From contig JACKGM010000002.1 in the NCBI GenBank assembly GCA_020639315.1, positions 94,321 through 158,320 on the forward strand: a DNA stretch of 64,000 nt, in the 5' to 3' direction. The notes under the pieces are model-generated. The model was given only the letters and a program-made list of their open reading frames with translations. It did not search any database and was not told where the DNA came from. Positions 56,018 through 64,000 of the stretch are shown here, in pieces; position 1 is the stretch's first letter, and the number at the start of each line of letters is the position of its first letter. This DNA comes from Candidatus Nomurabacteria bacterium. GTDB taxonomy: Bacteria; Patescibacteriota; Saccharimonadia; JAGOAT01. The position numbers and the translations under genes are program-made.

Positions 56018-56569
56018 TTGATGAACTTTACAAAGGACCAAGTCCAGCTTTTGATTGATGGTGCAGTTGCAGTAATCCCCACGGATACTATCTATGGGTT
56101 TAGTGCGAGCATCTTTAAACCTGAAGCAATTGAAAGAATTAAAGCAATCAAGTCTAGGCAGAACGATAAGTCTTTTATTATTTTGATTGGCGAAATCTCG
56201 GAGCTAGCTGAGCTAGGGATAGATTATAAACCCTATCTGAAATATATTGCCGAGCTCTGGCCTGGGCCAAACACCTTAGTATTACCATCTAGGTCAAACC
56301 ATCTAGACTATCTAAACCCTACTGGAGATACTCTAGCAATCCGTTTACCAAACAATCTAGCCTTGCGAAAACTACTAGTAGAGACTGGCCCCCTAGTCTC
56401 CACTAGTATCAATCTAAATCAAAAACCTCCCTTCAATGACCCAGGACTAATTGACCAATTTTTCTCAGACCAGATTGATTTTATGATTTCAGTCGGTAAG
56501 CTTACGGCTAATCCTTCAAACATCTATCACATTGACCTCCAATCAGACAAGCTAATCAAGCTCCGTTAA
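56018..56569 (+). CDS. tsaC: L-threonylcarbamoyladenylate synthase, YrdC/TsaC type
   Basis: YrdC-domain motifs VIPTDTIYGFSA and LAIRLPN...TSINL. Confidence 0.75.
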   Translation: MMNFTKDQVQLLIDGAVAVIPTDTIYGFSASIFKPEAIERIKAIKSRQNDKSFIILIGEISELAELGIDYKPYLKYIAELWPGPNTLVLPSRSNHLDYLNPTGDTLAIRLPNNLALRKLLVETGPLVSTSINLNQKPPFNDPGLIDQFFSDQIDFMISVGKLTANPSNIYHIDLQSDKLIKLR

Positions 56570-56613
56570 GTTCTTATAGCTCCCTAGGATTTCGCGCTTC
56601 CTGGGCTCCCAAC

Positions 56614-56860
56614 CCAAATACTGGATATCCCATAAATCCCTCCGAAAACCCCTTGTATTGTCATCCTCCGAATTCTCATAGAGAATTACGGGGGATCCAG
56701 TATCCTGTATTACTTTAATACTAAACTCAAATACTGGATATCCCATAAATCCTTACAGGATTTTGGAATATGACAGGGAGAGTATTGTCATCCTCCGAAA
56801 CCCAGAGGGTTTACGGGGGATCCAGTATTTCTGTATTTCCTATGAAAATTTGGATTGGCA
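56614..56860. repeat. hairpin-unit cluster
   Basis: Units with stems GAATTCTC/GAGAATTA and GAAACCC/GGGTTTA, plus inverted diverged units (ATACTGGATATCCCATAAATCC...). Confidence 0.8.
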
Positions 56861-56861
56861 G

Positions 56862-56945
56862 TAACCCTGTTGTCATATAGCAAGCTCAAAACTAATGATT
56901 TTTTTTGTATTAGCAAAGCACGACAAAGCATAAAGGAAATGAATG
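56862..56945. mobile_element. degenerate chimeric MITE remnant (family 1 TIR fused to family 2 TIR-like sequence)
   Basis: TAACCCTGTTGTCATA followed by TAGCAAGCTCAAAAC, then family 1 interior-like AGCAAAGCACGACAAAGCATAA. Confidence 0.3.
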
Positions 56946-57020
56946 AGTGTTTTCAGGAGGGATCAGAAGTGTAATACTTTGACATCACCATAATTTATAT
57001 TATAGACTAATAACATAAAT

Positions 57021-57569
57021 ATTGTAATCACTACAAAAAATCAAGCAAAAATTAATGCAGTTAAAGACGCATTTAACAATCCTCCTTGGTCTGATTTCTT
57101 GCCAATAAGATACACCCTAAGTACTATCTCCGTTAATAGCAATGTATCCGAAACCCCCTCTAATGACACTGAAGGGAAGCAGGGGGTACTCAACCGTATT
57201 GCAGCAGCCCGATTACAAATACAAAGCAGTGATATCATAATTGCCATGGAGGGTATAGTAGAGAATTCTAATAATTACCCACAAATAAGAGGCTGGGTAG
57301 GTGTATATCAAAAGTCTACAAATAGATTAGTGATTGCTAGCGGTTGTTCTACCCCTATACCTAATAAATATATTAGCTTGACCAAGAATTCTAGTAAAAA
57401 TTTTGGTGAATTAATCCAAAAAAAATACCCCAAGATCAAGGGTATAGAGGGGATAAAACTGATAGGTGCAAACGGCCTATTTACCAATGGTAAATACCCA
57501 AGGGATAGGTCATTTACTGATGCGCTTGAAATTGCTGGATCAGTACTGTTGCTTGAAAGCAATTGGTAA
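57021..57569 (+). CDS. yjjX: inosine/xanthosine triphosphatase, YjjX (DUF84) family; no canonical start codon
   Basis: The ORF-track TTG at 57099 truncates a conserved N-terminus. In-frame upstream sequence reads NIVITTKNQAKINAVKDAF (compare family N-terminus xxNPxKIxAV). Other matches: SVNSNVSETP...NR...AR, IAMEG, GANG.FT.G. Only ATA/ATT codons are available between the stop at 57003 and this region. Confidence 0.55.
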   Translation: MVITTKNQAKINAVKDAFNNPPWSDFLPIRYTLSTISVNSNVSETPSNDTEGKQGVLNRIAAARLQIQSSDIIIAMEGIVENSNNYPQIRGWVGVYQKSTNRLVIASGCSTPIPNKYISLTKNSSKNFGELIQKKYPKIKGIEGIKLIGANGLFTNGKYPRDRSFTDALEIAGSVLLLESNW

Positions 57570-57732
57570 ACTCGACTTACGCAAAATCCCTAAGTCCCCA
57601 GGATCGCCTCCGAAGTCCAAACTACTTTTTAATGCTGTCAACGATGCATCAGCATCGCTTCCATCAGATGAAAGAACTTCCAGGTCTGCGGAAGGCAAGC
57701 CTGGAGTATCCGAGGTTTTGCGTAAGTTGAGT
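57570..57732 (+). ncRNA. ~163-nt highly structured intergenic element of unknown class (candidate ncRNA or cis-regulatory leader of glyA); strand not established
   Basis: 19-bp closing helix ACTCGACTTACGCAAAATC / GGTTTTGCGTAAGTTGAGT. Inner helices CCAGG/CCTGG, GCCTCCG/CGGAAGGC and AAGT/ACTT. Apical hairpin CGATGC-atca-GCATCG. Confidence 0.4.
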
Positions 57733-57802
57733 AAATATTCAACACATTTGATACTTTAAGTCAAGGTTTTATAATCTTTAAAACTAAGTTAAACTAATAA
57801 TA

Positions 57803-59005
57803 GTGGATAAAGAGGTAGCAGAGTTAATCCGACTGGAAGCGGAGCGTCAAAGAAATACGCTCAATCTGATTGCCTCCGAAAATCATACCTCCAGGGCAGT
57901 TAGAGAAGCCAATGGCTCAGTTTTTACCGAAAAATATTCTGAAGGCTACCCAGGCAAACGTTATTATGCAGGTTGCGAAATAGTTGATCAGCTTGAAAAT
58001 CATGCGATTAATCTAGCAAAAAAACTATTCGATGTCGATTATGTCAATCTCCAGCCCTACTCTGGCTCTAGTGCAAACCTTGCTACTTACGCTGCCCTGG
58101 CTGGAGTAGGTGGCAAGATCATGGGTCAAGCCTTATCGGATGGTGGACACCTGACTCATGGATCGAAAGCGAGTCTAGTCTCTAGCTTTTTTCAGTTTAA
58201 ACAATACGGAGTCGACCAACAAGGCTGGATTGATTATGACAAGCTTGAAAAATTGGCCAAGAAATTTCAACCTAAAGTAATAGTTGCTGGTACTAGTGCA
58301 TACCCCAGACTAATTGACTGGGACAGACTAAGACAGATTGCAGATCAAATCAACGCCTATTTAATGGCAGATATTGCTCATTTGTCTGGCCTAGTAGCTG
58401 GCAAAGCTATTCCTAGTCCAGTAGGAATAGCAGATGTCGTGACTTCCACTACTCAAAAGAGTATCCGAGGTCCCAGGGGTGGGATGATCATGACTAATAA
58501 TCAAGAATTGGCTATCAAGATTGATCGAGCGGTATTCCCAGGGCTCCAAGGTGGGCCTCATCAACATAGTATTGCCGCCAAAGCTCAGGCCTTCTACGAA
58601 GCTCTCCAGCCAGAATTTGCCGCTTATGCCAATCAGGTTTTAAGTAATGCCAATACCCTAGCAAGATCTTTACAAGACCACGGAGTAGAGCTCTGGAGCG
58701 ACGGTACCGACACCCACCTCTTGGTATTCAATAGTTACCAAGCTTTTGGACTCAATGGGCTAGAAAGCAAAGATCTCTTAGCGGAGCAGGGGATTATTAC
58801 CTCTCAGAGCCAAGTACCAAATGACCCACTTCCACCTATGCTATCATCTGGGGTTAGACTTGGAACATCGGCCTTGAGCACCCGTGGTATGCAAGAAGAT
58901 CAAATGCAAGAAATTGCAGAAGTTATTGTCAGAATATTGAGAGACAAGGCCAACCTCAGATCAGAGATACTGGGTATGGCCAAACAGTTTAAATTGCCAG
59001 AATAA
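57803..59005 (+). CDS. glyA: serine hydroxymethyltransferase
   Basis: GTG start. Motifs LIASENHTS and TSTTQKSIRGPRGG (PLP lysine context). Confidence 0.9.
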   Translation: MDKEVAELIRLEAERQRNTLNLIASENHTSRAVREANGSVFTEKYSEGYPGKRYYAGCEIVDQLENHAINLAKKLFDVDYVNLQPYSGSSANLATYAALAGVGGKIMGQALSDGGHLTHGSKASLVSSFFQFKQYGVDQQGWIDYDKLEKLAKKFQPKVIVAGTSAYPRLIDWDRLRQIADQINAYLMADIAHLSGLVAGKAIPSPVGIADVVTSTTQKSIRGPRGGMIMTNNQELAIKIDRAVFPGLQGGPHQHSIAAKAQAFYEALQPEFAAYANQVLSNANTLARSLQDHGVELWSDGTDTHLLVFNSYQAFGLNGLESKDLLAEQGIITSQSQVPNDPLPPMLSSGVRLGTSALSTRGMQEDQMQEIAEVIVRILRDKANLRSEILGMAKQFKLPE

Positions 59006-59036
59006 TTATTAGCACAAAAGCACAAAGGAGGGTACT

Positions 59037-60659
59037 ATGAATAATGATCTGATTCAAGTGGTAAATCAGCCTACAGACAAGGGTAGAGAGCTACTCAAGA
59101 GTGTCGTGACAAATATTTCTGGTAATGTCTATGGTTTTTGGCCATTTGTACCTGCTAGTACTGTAGCAGCTGCTATGGCCAGGCTATCCAGAAGCCCTGA
59201 AGACTTAAGAAATAACTTACTTTTAGAGTTTCCTGATGAGATAAAGGAGCTTGATCAGATCAAACTACTATATGAAAAAGTCGATCAAAACAAATCGTCT
59301 GATCTAATGAAGAGGGTACTGACGGCCTATGGTGATGACTCAGTCCAACAATTACTACCCATCCAGCTAGTAATCGAGAATACCTCCAATCTAATGACCA
59401 AAACTATTGAGTGGCATCGATTAGGAGCTTATCTTGAGCAATCCACCAGATATATCTATTTTGACCAAAAACAAAATGGCAGATACCGTTATCATACCCC
59501 TGAAGAACTATCTCAAGCTGATCAAAAATTTTATAATTCCTCAATGGATCTGATATTTGATAATTATTCTAGTTTAGTCACTCAGCTTACAAATTACATT
59601 AGAGTCAAAAATCCGAAACCAATTGACAAAACTGAGATTCTTGCCTGGACTGGAGCCACTAGAGCTCAAGCCTGTGACGCTGCTAGGCCTTTGTTCCCAG
59701 TAGCTACGACTTCTACAGTAGGTGTCGTTGCCAATGCTCAGACTATTGAATATATGATCGTTTCATTACTATCAAACCCCCTGACAGAAGCTCAAAAATT
59801 AGGACTGTCCATCCTCAAAGAAGTTCGTAAGATTTATCCAGTATTTTTTGAGCGAGCTGATATGCCCGGCAGGGGGCTTGCATTGTCTGCTTACAAATCA
59901 GAAATAGCAAGGGAACTATCTGAGCTTTCCAAGAGTTTACCCTTGACTAGAGGAGCCAACTTTAGACCAGTCAGGCTCTTAAACACCTGGCCAGACTTTG
60001 ATCAGATTTACAGTAATATTCTTTTTGATCAGACCAAGCTTGACAATTTGGAGATCAAAAATATAACCGATAATTACTCACCTGAAGAAAAGCAAAACCT
60101 ATGGGATACTTTTGTTGGCAAACGGATGAATCGTAGACACAAACCCGGTAGAGCTCTTGAGCTAATTCATTATGAATGGGAGATTGTTGGAGATTATGGC
60201 ACTTTTAGAGACCTTCAAAGACACAGAATAGTTGACGACATGAGATGGCAGAAACTTTCTCCAAATCTAGGCTACCAGATACCCGAGCTAGTGATAGAAT
60301 CGGGTCTTGAAAATCTATATCGATCAACCGTAGACTTATCCGAACGACTCTACAACCATCTGATACAAAACTATAATCAAACTATTGCCCAATATGCTTG
60401 CCTTTTGACTCACAATATGCGCTATCGTTTTGTGATCAATGCTCGAAGTCTAACCCATCTACTTGAAATCCGTACTACACCCCAGGGACACCCCGGGTAT
60501 CGCAAAATCTGTCAAGAGATGTATAATCAAGTAATGCAAGCTACACCAGAAGTCGCCAAAATGATGAAATTTGTCAATAAAGGTGAAGACCCTGAGCTGA
60601 CTAGACTAGCAAGTGAGCAAGCAACTGTAAAAAGATTGGAGGAGCTAACCAGACAATGA
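59037..60659 (+). CDS. thyX: double-length (540 aa) ThyX-like FAD-dependent thymidylate synthase family protein
   Basis: SD AAGGAGGG. N-half has ...WHRLGAYLEQSTRY (ThyX-motif-like). C-half has GTFRDLQRHR and NARSLTHLLEIRT (R..l.hf...R pattern). About twice the usual ThyX length. Confidence 0.6.
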   Translation: MNNDLIQVVNQPTDKGRELLKSVVTNISGNVYGFWPFVPASTVAAAMARLSRSPEDLRNNLLLEFPDEIKELDQIKLLYEKVDQNKSSDLMKRVLTAYGDDSVQQLLPIQLVIENTSNLMTKTIEWHRLGAYLEQSTRYIYFDQKQNGRYRYHTPEELSQADQKFYNSSMDLIFDNYSSLVTQLTNYIRVKNPKPIDKTEILAWTGATRAQACDAARPLFPVATTSTVGVVANAQTIEYMIVSLLSNPLTEAQKLGLSILKEVRKIYPVFFERADMPGRGLALSAYKSEIARELSELSKSLPLTRGANFRPVRLLNTWPDFDQIYSNILFDQTKLDNLEIKNITDNYSPEEKQNLWDTFVGKRMNRRHKPGRALELIHYEWEIVGDYGTFRDLQRHRIVDDMRWQKLSPNLGYQIPELVIESGLENLYRSTVDLSERLYNHLIQNYNQTIAQYACLLTHNMRYRFVINARSLTHLLEIRTTPQGHPGYRKICQEMYNQVMQATPEVAKMMKFVNKGEDPELTRLASEQATVKRLEELTRQ

Positions 60660-62278
60660 CTAAATATATCTTCGTGACCGGAGGAGTAATGTCCGGCCTA
60701 GGTAAGGGGATTACAGCAGCCGGGATTGGAGCAAACCTCAAGGCTGCCGGTTATAATGTCGGGATACTCAAGTGCGATCCTTACCTCAACTACGATGCAG
60801 GGACCCTCAACCCAAGTGAACATGGCGAAGTCTTTGTCACCAAAGACGGGGCTGAGACCGACCTAGATCTTGGTCATTACGAAAGATTCCTCAATATCGA
60901 ACTCGAACAAAGCTCATCACTAATGAGTGGAAGAATTCTCAGTCAAGTAATCCAAGATGAAAGAAAAGGTAAGTATTTGGGCAAGACTGTTCAGGTCATT
61001 CCCCATGTCACCAATAAGATTCAAGATGAAATCATCAAATCAGCCCAAGGTTATCAGATAATGATTGTTGAGATTGGTGGTACCATCGGTGATATTGAAG
61101 GTCTAGCATTTGTCGAAGCAATCAGACAGATGCGGAGAAGGGTAGGGCAAAATAATGTTGCCTATATCCACCTGGTCTACCTACCCTATCTAGAAGCTAG
61201 TCAGGAAATCAAAACCAAGCCTGCTCAAAATAGCCTCAAGGTTTTGCAATCATACGGGATCAAGCCAGATCTAGTCTGTGCTAGGTCAGATCATCAAATC
61301 CCGGCTTCTAGCCTTGAAAAGCTCAGTATTTTCGCCGACCTTGATCAGGAATACATTATACCTTTACCAACTCTAGACAATGTCTATAAAGTACCGTCTT
61401 ATCTCAGTCAATTCTCTATCACTAAAATTCTCAGTGATATTCTCAATCTAAATCAATCTCAAGCTGACTTTTCAGACTGGGAGGATTTGATTGACAAAAT
61501 TAATAATGCTACCAAACCTATTAAGGTTGCCATAGTAGCCAAATACCTTGATAATCAAGATACATATGCTAGTATTGTCGAGGCACTTAAGTCAGCTGGC
61601 TGGCAGCTCGGGAGCAAGATTGAAATTGTCTGGGTCGATAGTGAAGATCTTGATCATTTGAAGTCTAGACTCAAGGGTAGTCAAGCTATTCTAGTGCCGG
61701 GAGGCTTTGGCTCTAGAGGCATAGAAGGTAAAATTATTGCTAGTCAATATGCTAGAGAGAATTTGATACCTTACCTCGGTATTTGCTTGGGGATGCAGAC
61801 TGCAATCATTGAATTGTCCAGGAATCAATTAGGACTTGACCAAGCTAATAGTGCCGAATTTGATTCTAGCTCTAGTGATCAAGTGATCCATCTGATGGAT
61901 CAACAGCACCACGTAACCGAAAAGGGAGGTACTATGAGACTGGGAGACTATCCAGCAATCCTTGATCCTGACTCATTAACCTATCAACTATACCAAAACC
62001 TCAATGTTACAGAGCGACATCGACACCGTTATGAAGTCAACAACCAATACAAGAATAAGCTTGAGGCTGTCGGGGTCAGATTCTCAGGACTCTCACCAGA
62101 TAAGAAACTAGTAGAATTTATTGAATTGGACCAAGATATCCATCCATTTTTTGTCGCTACCCAGGCTCACCCCGAATTTCGCTCTCGACCAATGAATCCT
62201 CACCCCTTATTTTTAGGCCTGATTTCGAGCGCTCTTGCCTCTGAAGCTAGACCTAATACTTTATCTCGCCATAAATAA
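60656..62278 (+). CDS. pyrG: CTP synthase
   Basis: MTKYIFVTGGVMSGLGKGI N-terminus and glutamine amidotransferase GICLGMQ. ATGA overlap with thyX. Confidence 0.95.
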   Translation: MTKYIFVTGGVMSGLGKGITAAGIGANLKAAGYNVGILKCDPYLNYDAGTLNPSEHGEVFVTKDGAETDLDLGHYERFLNIELEQSSSLMSGRILSQVIQDERKGKYLGKTVQVIPHVTNKIQDEIIKSAQGYQIMIVEIGGTIGDIEGLAFVEAIRQMRRRVGQNNVAYIHLVYLPYLEASQEIKTKPAQNSLKVLQSYGIKPDLVCARSDHQIPASSLEKLSIFADLDQEYIIPLPTLDNVYKVPSYLSQFSITKILSDILNLNQSQADFSDWEDLIDKINNATKPIKVAIVAKYLDNQDTYASIVEALKSAGWQLGSKIEIVWVDSEDLDHLKSRLKGSQAILVPGGFGSRGIEGKIIASQYARENLIPYLGICLGMQTAIIELSRNQLGLDQANSAEFDSSSSDQVIHLMDQQHHVTEKGGTMRLGDYPAILDPDSLTYQLYQNLNVTERHRHRYEVNNQYKNKLEAVGVRFSGLSPDKKLVEFIELDQDIHPFFVATQAHPEFRSRPMNPHPLFLGLISSALASEARPNTLSRHK

Positions 62279-62304
62279 ATTCTTGATCCTAGGCTAGACA
62301 ATGC

Positions 62305-62690
62305 CGTCATCCTCGACAATTCCCGCCCCTTTTCATGTCGTCTTCCAAATTTCCATCCCCTTATTCCGTCACCAAACCAAATTCCCCCTATTCACGTCAT
62401 CTTCCAAATTTCCGTCCCCTCTTCACGTCATCTTCCAAATTTCCGTCCCCTCTTCACGTCATCTTCCAAATTTCCGTAGGAAATTATGGGAGATCTAGTA
62501 TTTGAATTAAACCCCAGAAATGCAAAATACTGGATCCTCCGTAAACTCCTTCGGAGTTTACGGAGGATGACAGAAGAGGGACAGGTTTCGGAGAATGACA
62601 ATCCCCTCCTGTCATCTTCCAAATTTCGTCCTCCTTTTCTTAGTCATCTTCGGATTACCCGAAAGGTAATACCGGAGATCCAGTATTTGA
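62305..62690. repeat. hairpin-unit cluster beginning with a tandem array of five half units (62306-62457; periods 31/31/28/31/31 bp)
   Basis: GTCATCTTCCAAATTTCCGTCCCCTCTTCAC occurs twice exactly, plus three diverged half units. These are followed by the complete unit GTCATCTTCCAAATTTCCgtagGAAATTATGGGAGATC and further units in both orientations. Confidence 0.85.
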
Positions 62691-62748
62691 ATTGAGACCT
62701 TAGGAGGACGACAATAACCATCGGTCTATTGGGGAACCAGTCTATCCA

Positions 62749-62757
62749 TGATACAAT
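62749..62757 (+). promoter_or_regulatory. extended -10-like TGaTACAAT 9 nt upstream of the ATG at 62767
   Basis: TGATACAAT-acgaccaag-ATG with no SD. Confidence 0.3.
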
Positions 62758-62766
62758 ACGACCAAG

Positions 62767-63138
62767 ATGAAACCACAAAAGAAAATCCTTTTAGTCGAGG
62801 ATGACGATCAGCTAAGCAAGATCTATCAGACTAGGCTCAAAGCAGAAGGTTTTGACCTCAAAGTGGCTCAAGATGGTGAGGAGGGGCTAGCTACTGCCTT
62901 GGACTTCAAGCCTGATCTAATCCTGCTCGACATCATGATGCCCAAAATCTCTGGCTATGATGTATTGGATATTCTCAAAAATACTCCCGAATTCAAGTCA
63001 AAAATTGTGATCATTAGTGCTTTATCACAACCTAGTGATATTCAAAAAGCCAAATCACTTGGTGCCGACCTATACTTAGTCAAATCCCAAGTCAGCATTG
63101 CTGAAGTCGTAGACAGTATCAAATCCCTGGTCAGCTGA
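62767..63138 (+). CDS. single-domain response regulator (CheY-like receiver)
   Basis: ILLVEDDD...DLILLDIMMPKISGYDVL...ALSQP...KSLGADLYLVK. No output domain. Confidence 0.8.
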   Translation: MKPQKKILLVEDDDQLSKIYQTRLKAEGFDLKVAQDGEEGLATALDFKPDLILLDIMMPKISGYDVLDILKNTPEFKSKIVIISALSQPSDIQKAKSLGADLYLVKSQVSIAEVVDSIKSLVS

Positions 63139-63141
63139 TTG

Positions 63142-64000
63142 ATGCCAATCTATCTTGCCCAAGTAGGGAAATCTCTTGATCTTACATTAGCTGAGATTAG
63201 AGCAGTCTACAAGAACGCAGAAGTTTTTTCTAATGAATTTGTCAGATTCCAAACTGATTTAACTATTTCGATTAATCAGCTTGGATCTACCCCAAGGATA
63301 GTAGAAGTAGTGAAGGCTACTAATCCTTCACAGAATATACTTTCTATTGCCAAGCAAATCATTACAGATAGTCTACGGACTAATCAAAAGTTTAACCTGG
63401 CAATTTCAAACTATACCAATAGTCAAATTAACTCGGCCCAACTCCTCAGACTAAAAAAACAATTAAAGCAGGCTGGGCTCAAACCGAGACTAGTCTTACC
63501 CAGCTCTGACAAGCAAGCCCTTACTAGTGTCCAAACTTTCCACAATCAGCTCGACCAGTCGCCCAACCTAGAATTGTTGATCTTAAAGTCAAATCGTGAA
63601 ATATTCTTAGCCAAAACAATTGGCATTCAAAACCCTGACCAATACAGCCTCAGGGACTATCACAAACCGGGTAGAGACAGCAAGGTAGGAATGTTGCCCC
63701 CAAAGCTTGCTCAAATCATGATCAATCTAGCAGAACCTCAGCCAGAGGATTTGATTTACGATCCATTTTGTGGGACTGGCACTATTAATATTGAAGCTAG
63801 TCTACTAGGACTACACAATGCTGGATCTGACAATTCAGAATCAATTCTAAAAAAAGCCAAACAAAATCTAACTTGGGTATTTGAACAAAAAAGTCTATTA
63901 AGGCTTCAATCCAATCCTGCTAACCCAGTCACGAAATCACTAATTGAAAATCTATATCTAGCAGATGCTACCACTGAGCAATCCCTAGATCAATTGAACT
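63142..64000 (+). CDS. class I SAM-dependent methyltransferase (UPF0020/Trm11-like), N-terminal part; runs off the window
   Basis: Not in the ORF track (no stop). Own translation MPIYLAQVGKSL...MLPPKLAQIMINLAEPQPEDLIYDPFCGTGTINIEASLLG, with motif I DPFCGTGT. Confidence 0.55.
   Translation, partial: MPIYLAQVGKSLDLTLAEIRAVYKNAEVFSNEFVRFQTDLTISINQLGSTPRIVEVVKATNPSQNILSIAKQIITDSLRTNQKFNLAISNYTNSQINSAQLLRLKKQLKQAGLKPRLVLPSSDKQALTSVQTFHNQLDQSPNLELLILKSNREIFLAKTIGIQNPDQYSLRDYHKPGRDSKVGMLPPKLAQIMINLAEPQPEDLIYDPFCGTGTINIEASLLGLHNAGSDNSESILKKAKQNLTWVFEQKSLLRLQSNPANPVTKSLIENLYLADATTEQSLDQLN

Noticed and set aside
57676-57704. Similarity of CCAGGTCTGCGGAAGGCAAGCC to the SRP (4.5S) RNA helix-8 motif CAGGTCCGGAAGGAAGCAGCC
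   Set aside because: The GGAA is not closed by a proper stem. The motif sits on the 3' strand of a larger hairpin rather than at its apex, and the flanking sequence does not form the SRP long hairpin. It is kept only as an unclassified structured element.
1-64000. Possibility of an alternative genetic code (UGA recoding, as in some candidate phyla)
   Set aside because: TGA terminates several well-delimited genes at the expected lengths (thyX, the response regulator, the LD-carboxypeptidase, the IS110 recombinase). All conserved genes are intact under the standard code.

Overview
AT-rich (roughly 40% GC by eye) bacterial chromosomal window, standard genetic code. It carries compact housekeeping operons: yvcK-like, uvrA, recG, rsmD, tRNA-Leu, PBP1A, mnmE and mnmG, dnaE, htrA-like, rpmE-prfA-prmC, rpsB-tsf-frr-uppS-rseP, secE-nusG-rplK-rplA, tmk, tsaC, glyA-thyX-pyrG and a CheY-like regulator. 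Gene content, an LPXTG-anchored giant protein and many leaderless-looking promoters suggest a small-genome monoderm-type lineage; the taxon cannot be assigned from sequence alone. Almost every intergenic gap is filled with three families of short repeats. (1) A REP/BIME-like family of ~45-bp hairpin units has conserved termini (TGTCATC...GATCCAGTAT), covarying stems, a constant T.G wobble and a constant bulged A. (2) A 163-bp MITE has 19-bp TIRs. (3) A ~165-bp long-palindrome MITE-like element. Two apparently identical 1500-bp IS110-family elements are each inserted at the same position of a hairpin unit. Their 281-bp non-coding left end folds into two stem/internal-loop modules whose loop sequences match the flanking target and the IS's own ends, which is the architecture of an IS110 bridge RNA. 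Between mnmE and mnmG lies an ~18-kb island holding one IS copy, repeat arrays and a 14,979-bp gene for a 4,992-aa surface protein. That protein has a signal peptide, DUF11-like repeats, six GC-rich FG-GAP-like repeats, SdrD-B/CnaB-like modules, a probable beta-propeller and an LPNTG anchor. All functional calls come from motif recognition in the supplied translations; no database search was possible.
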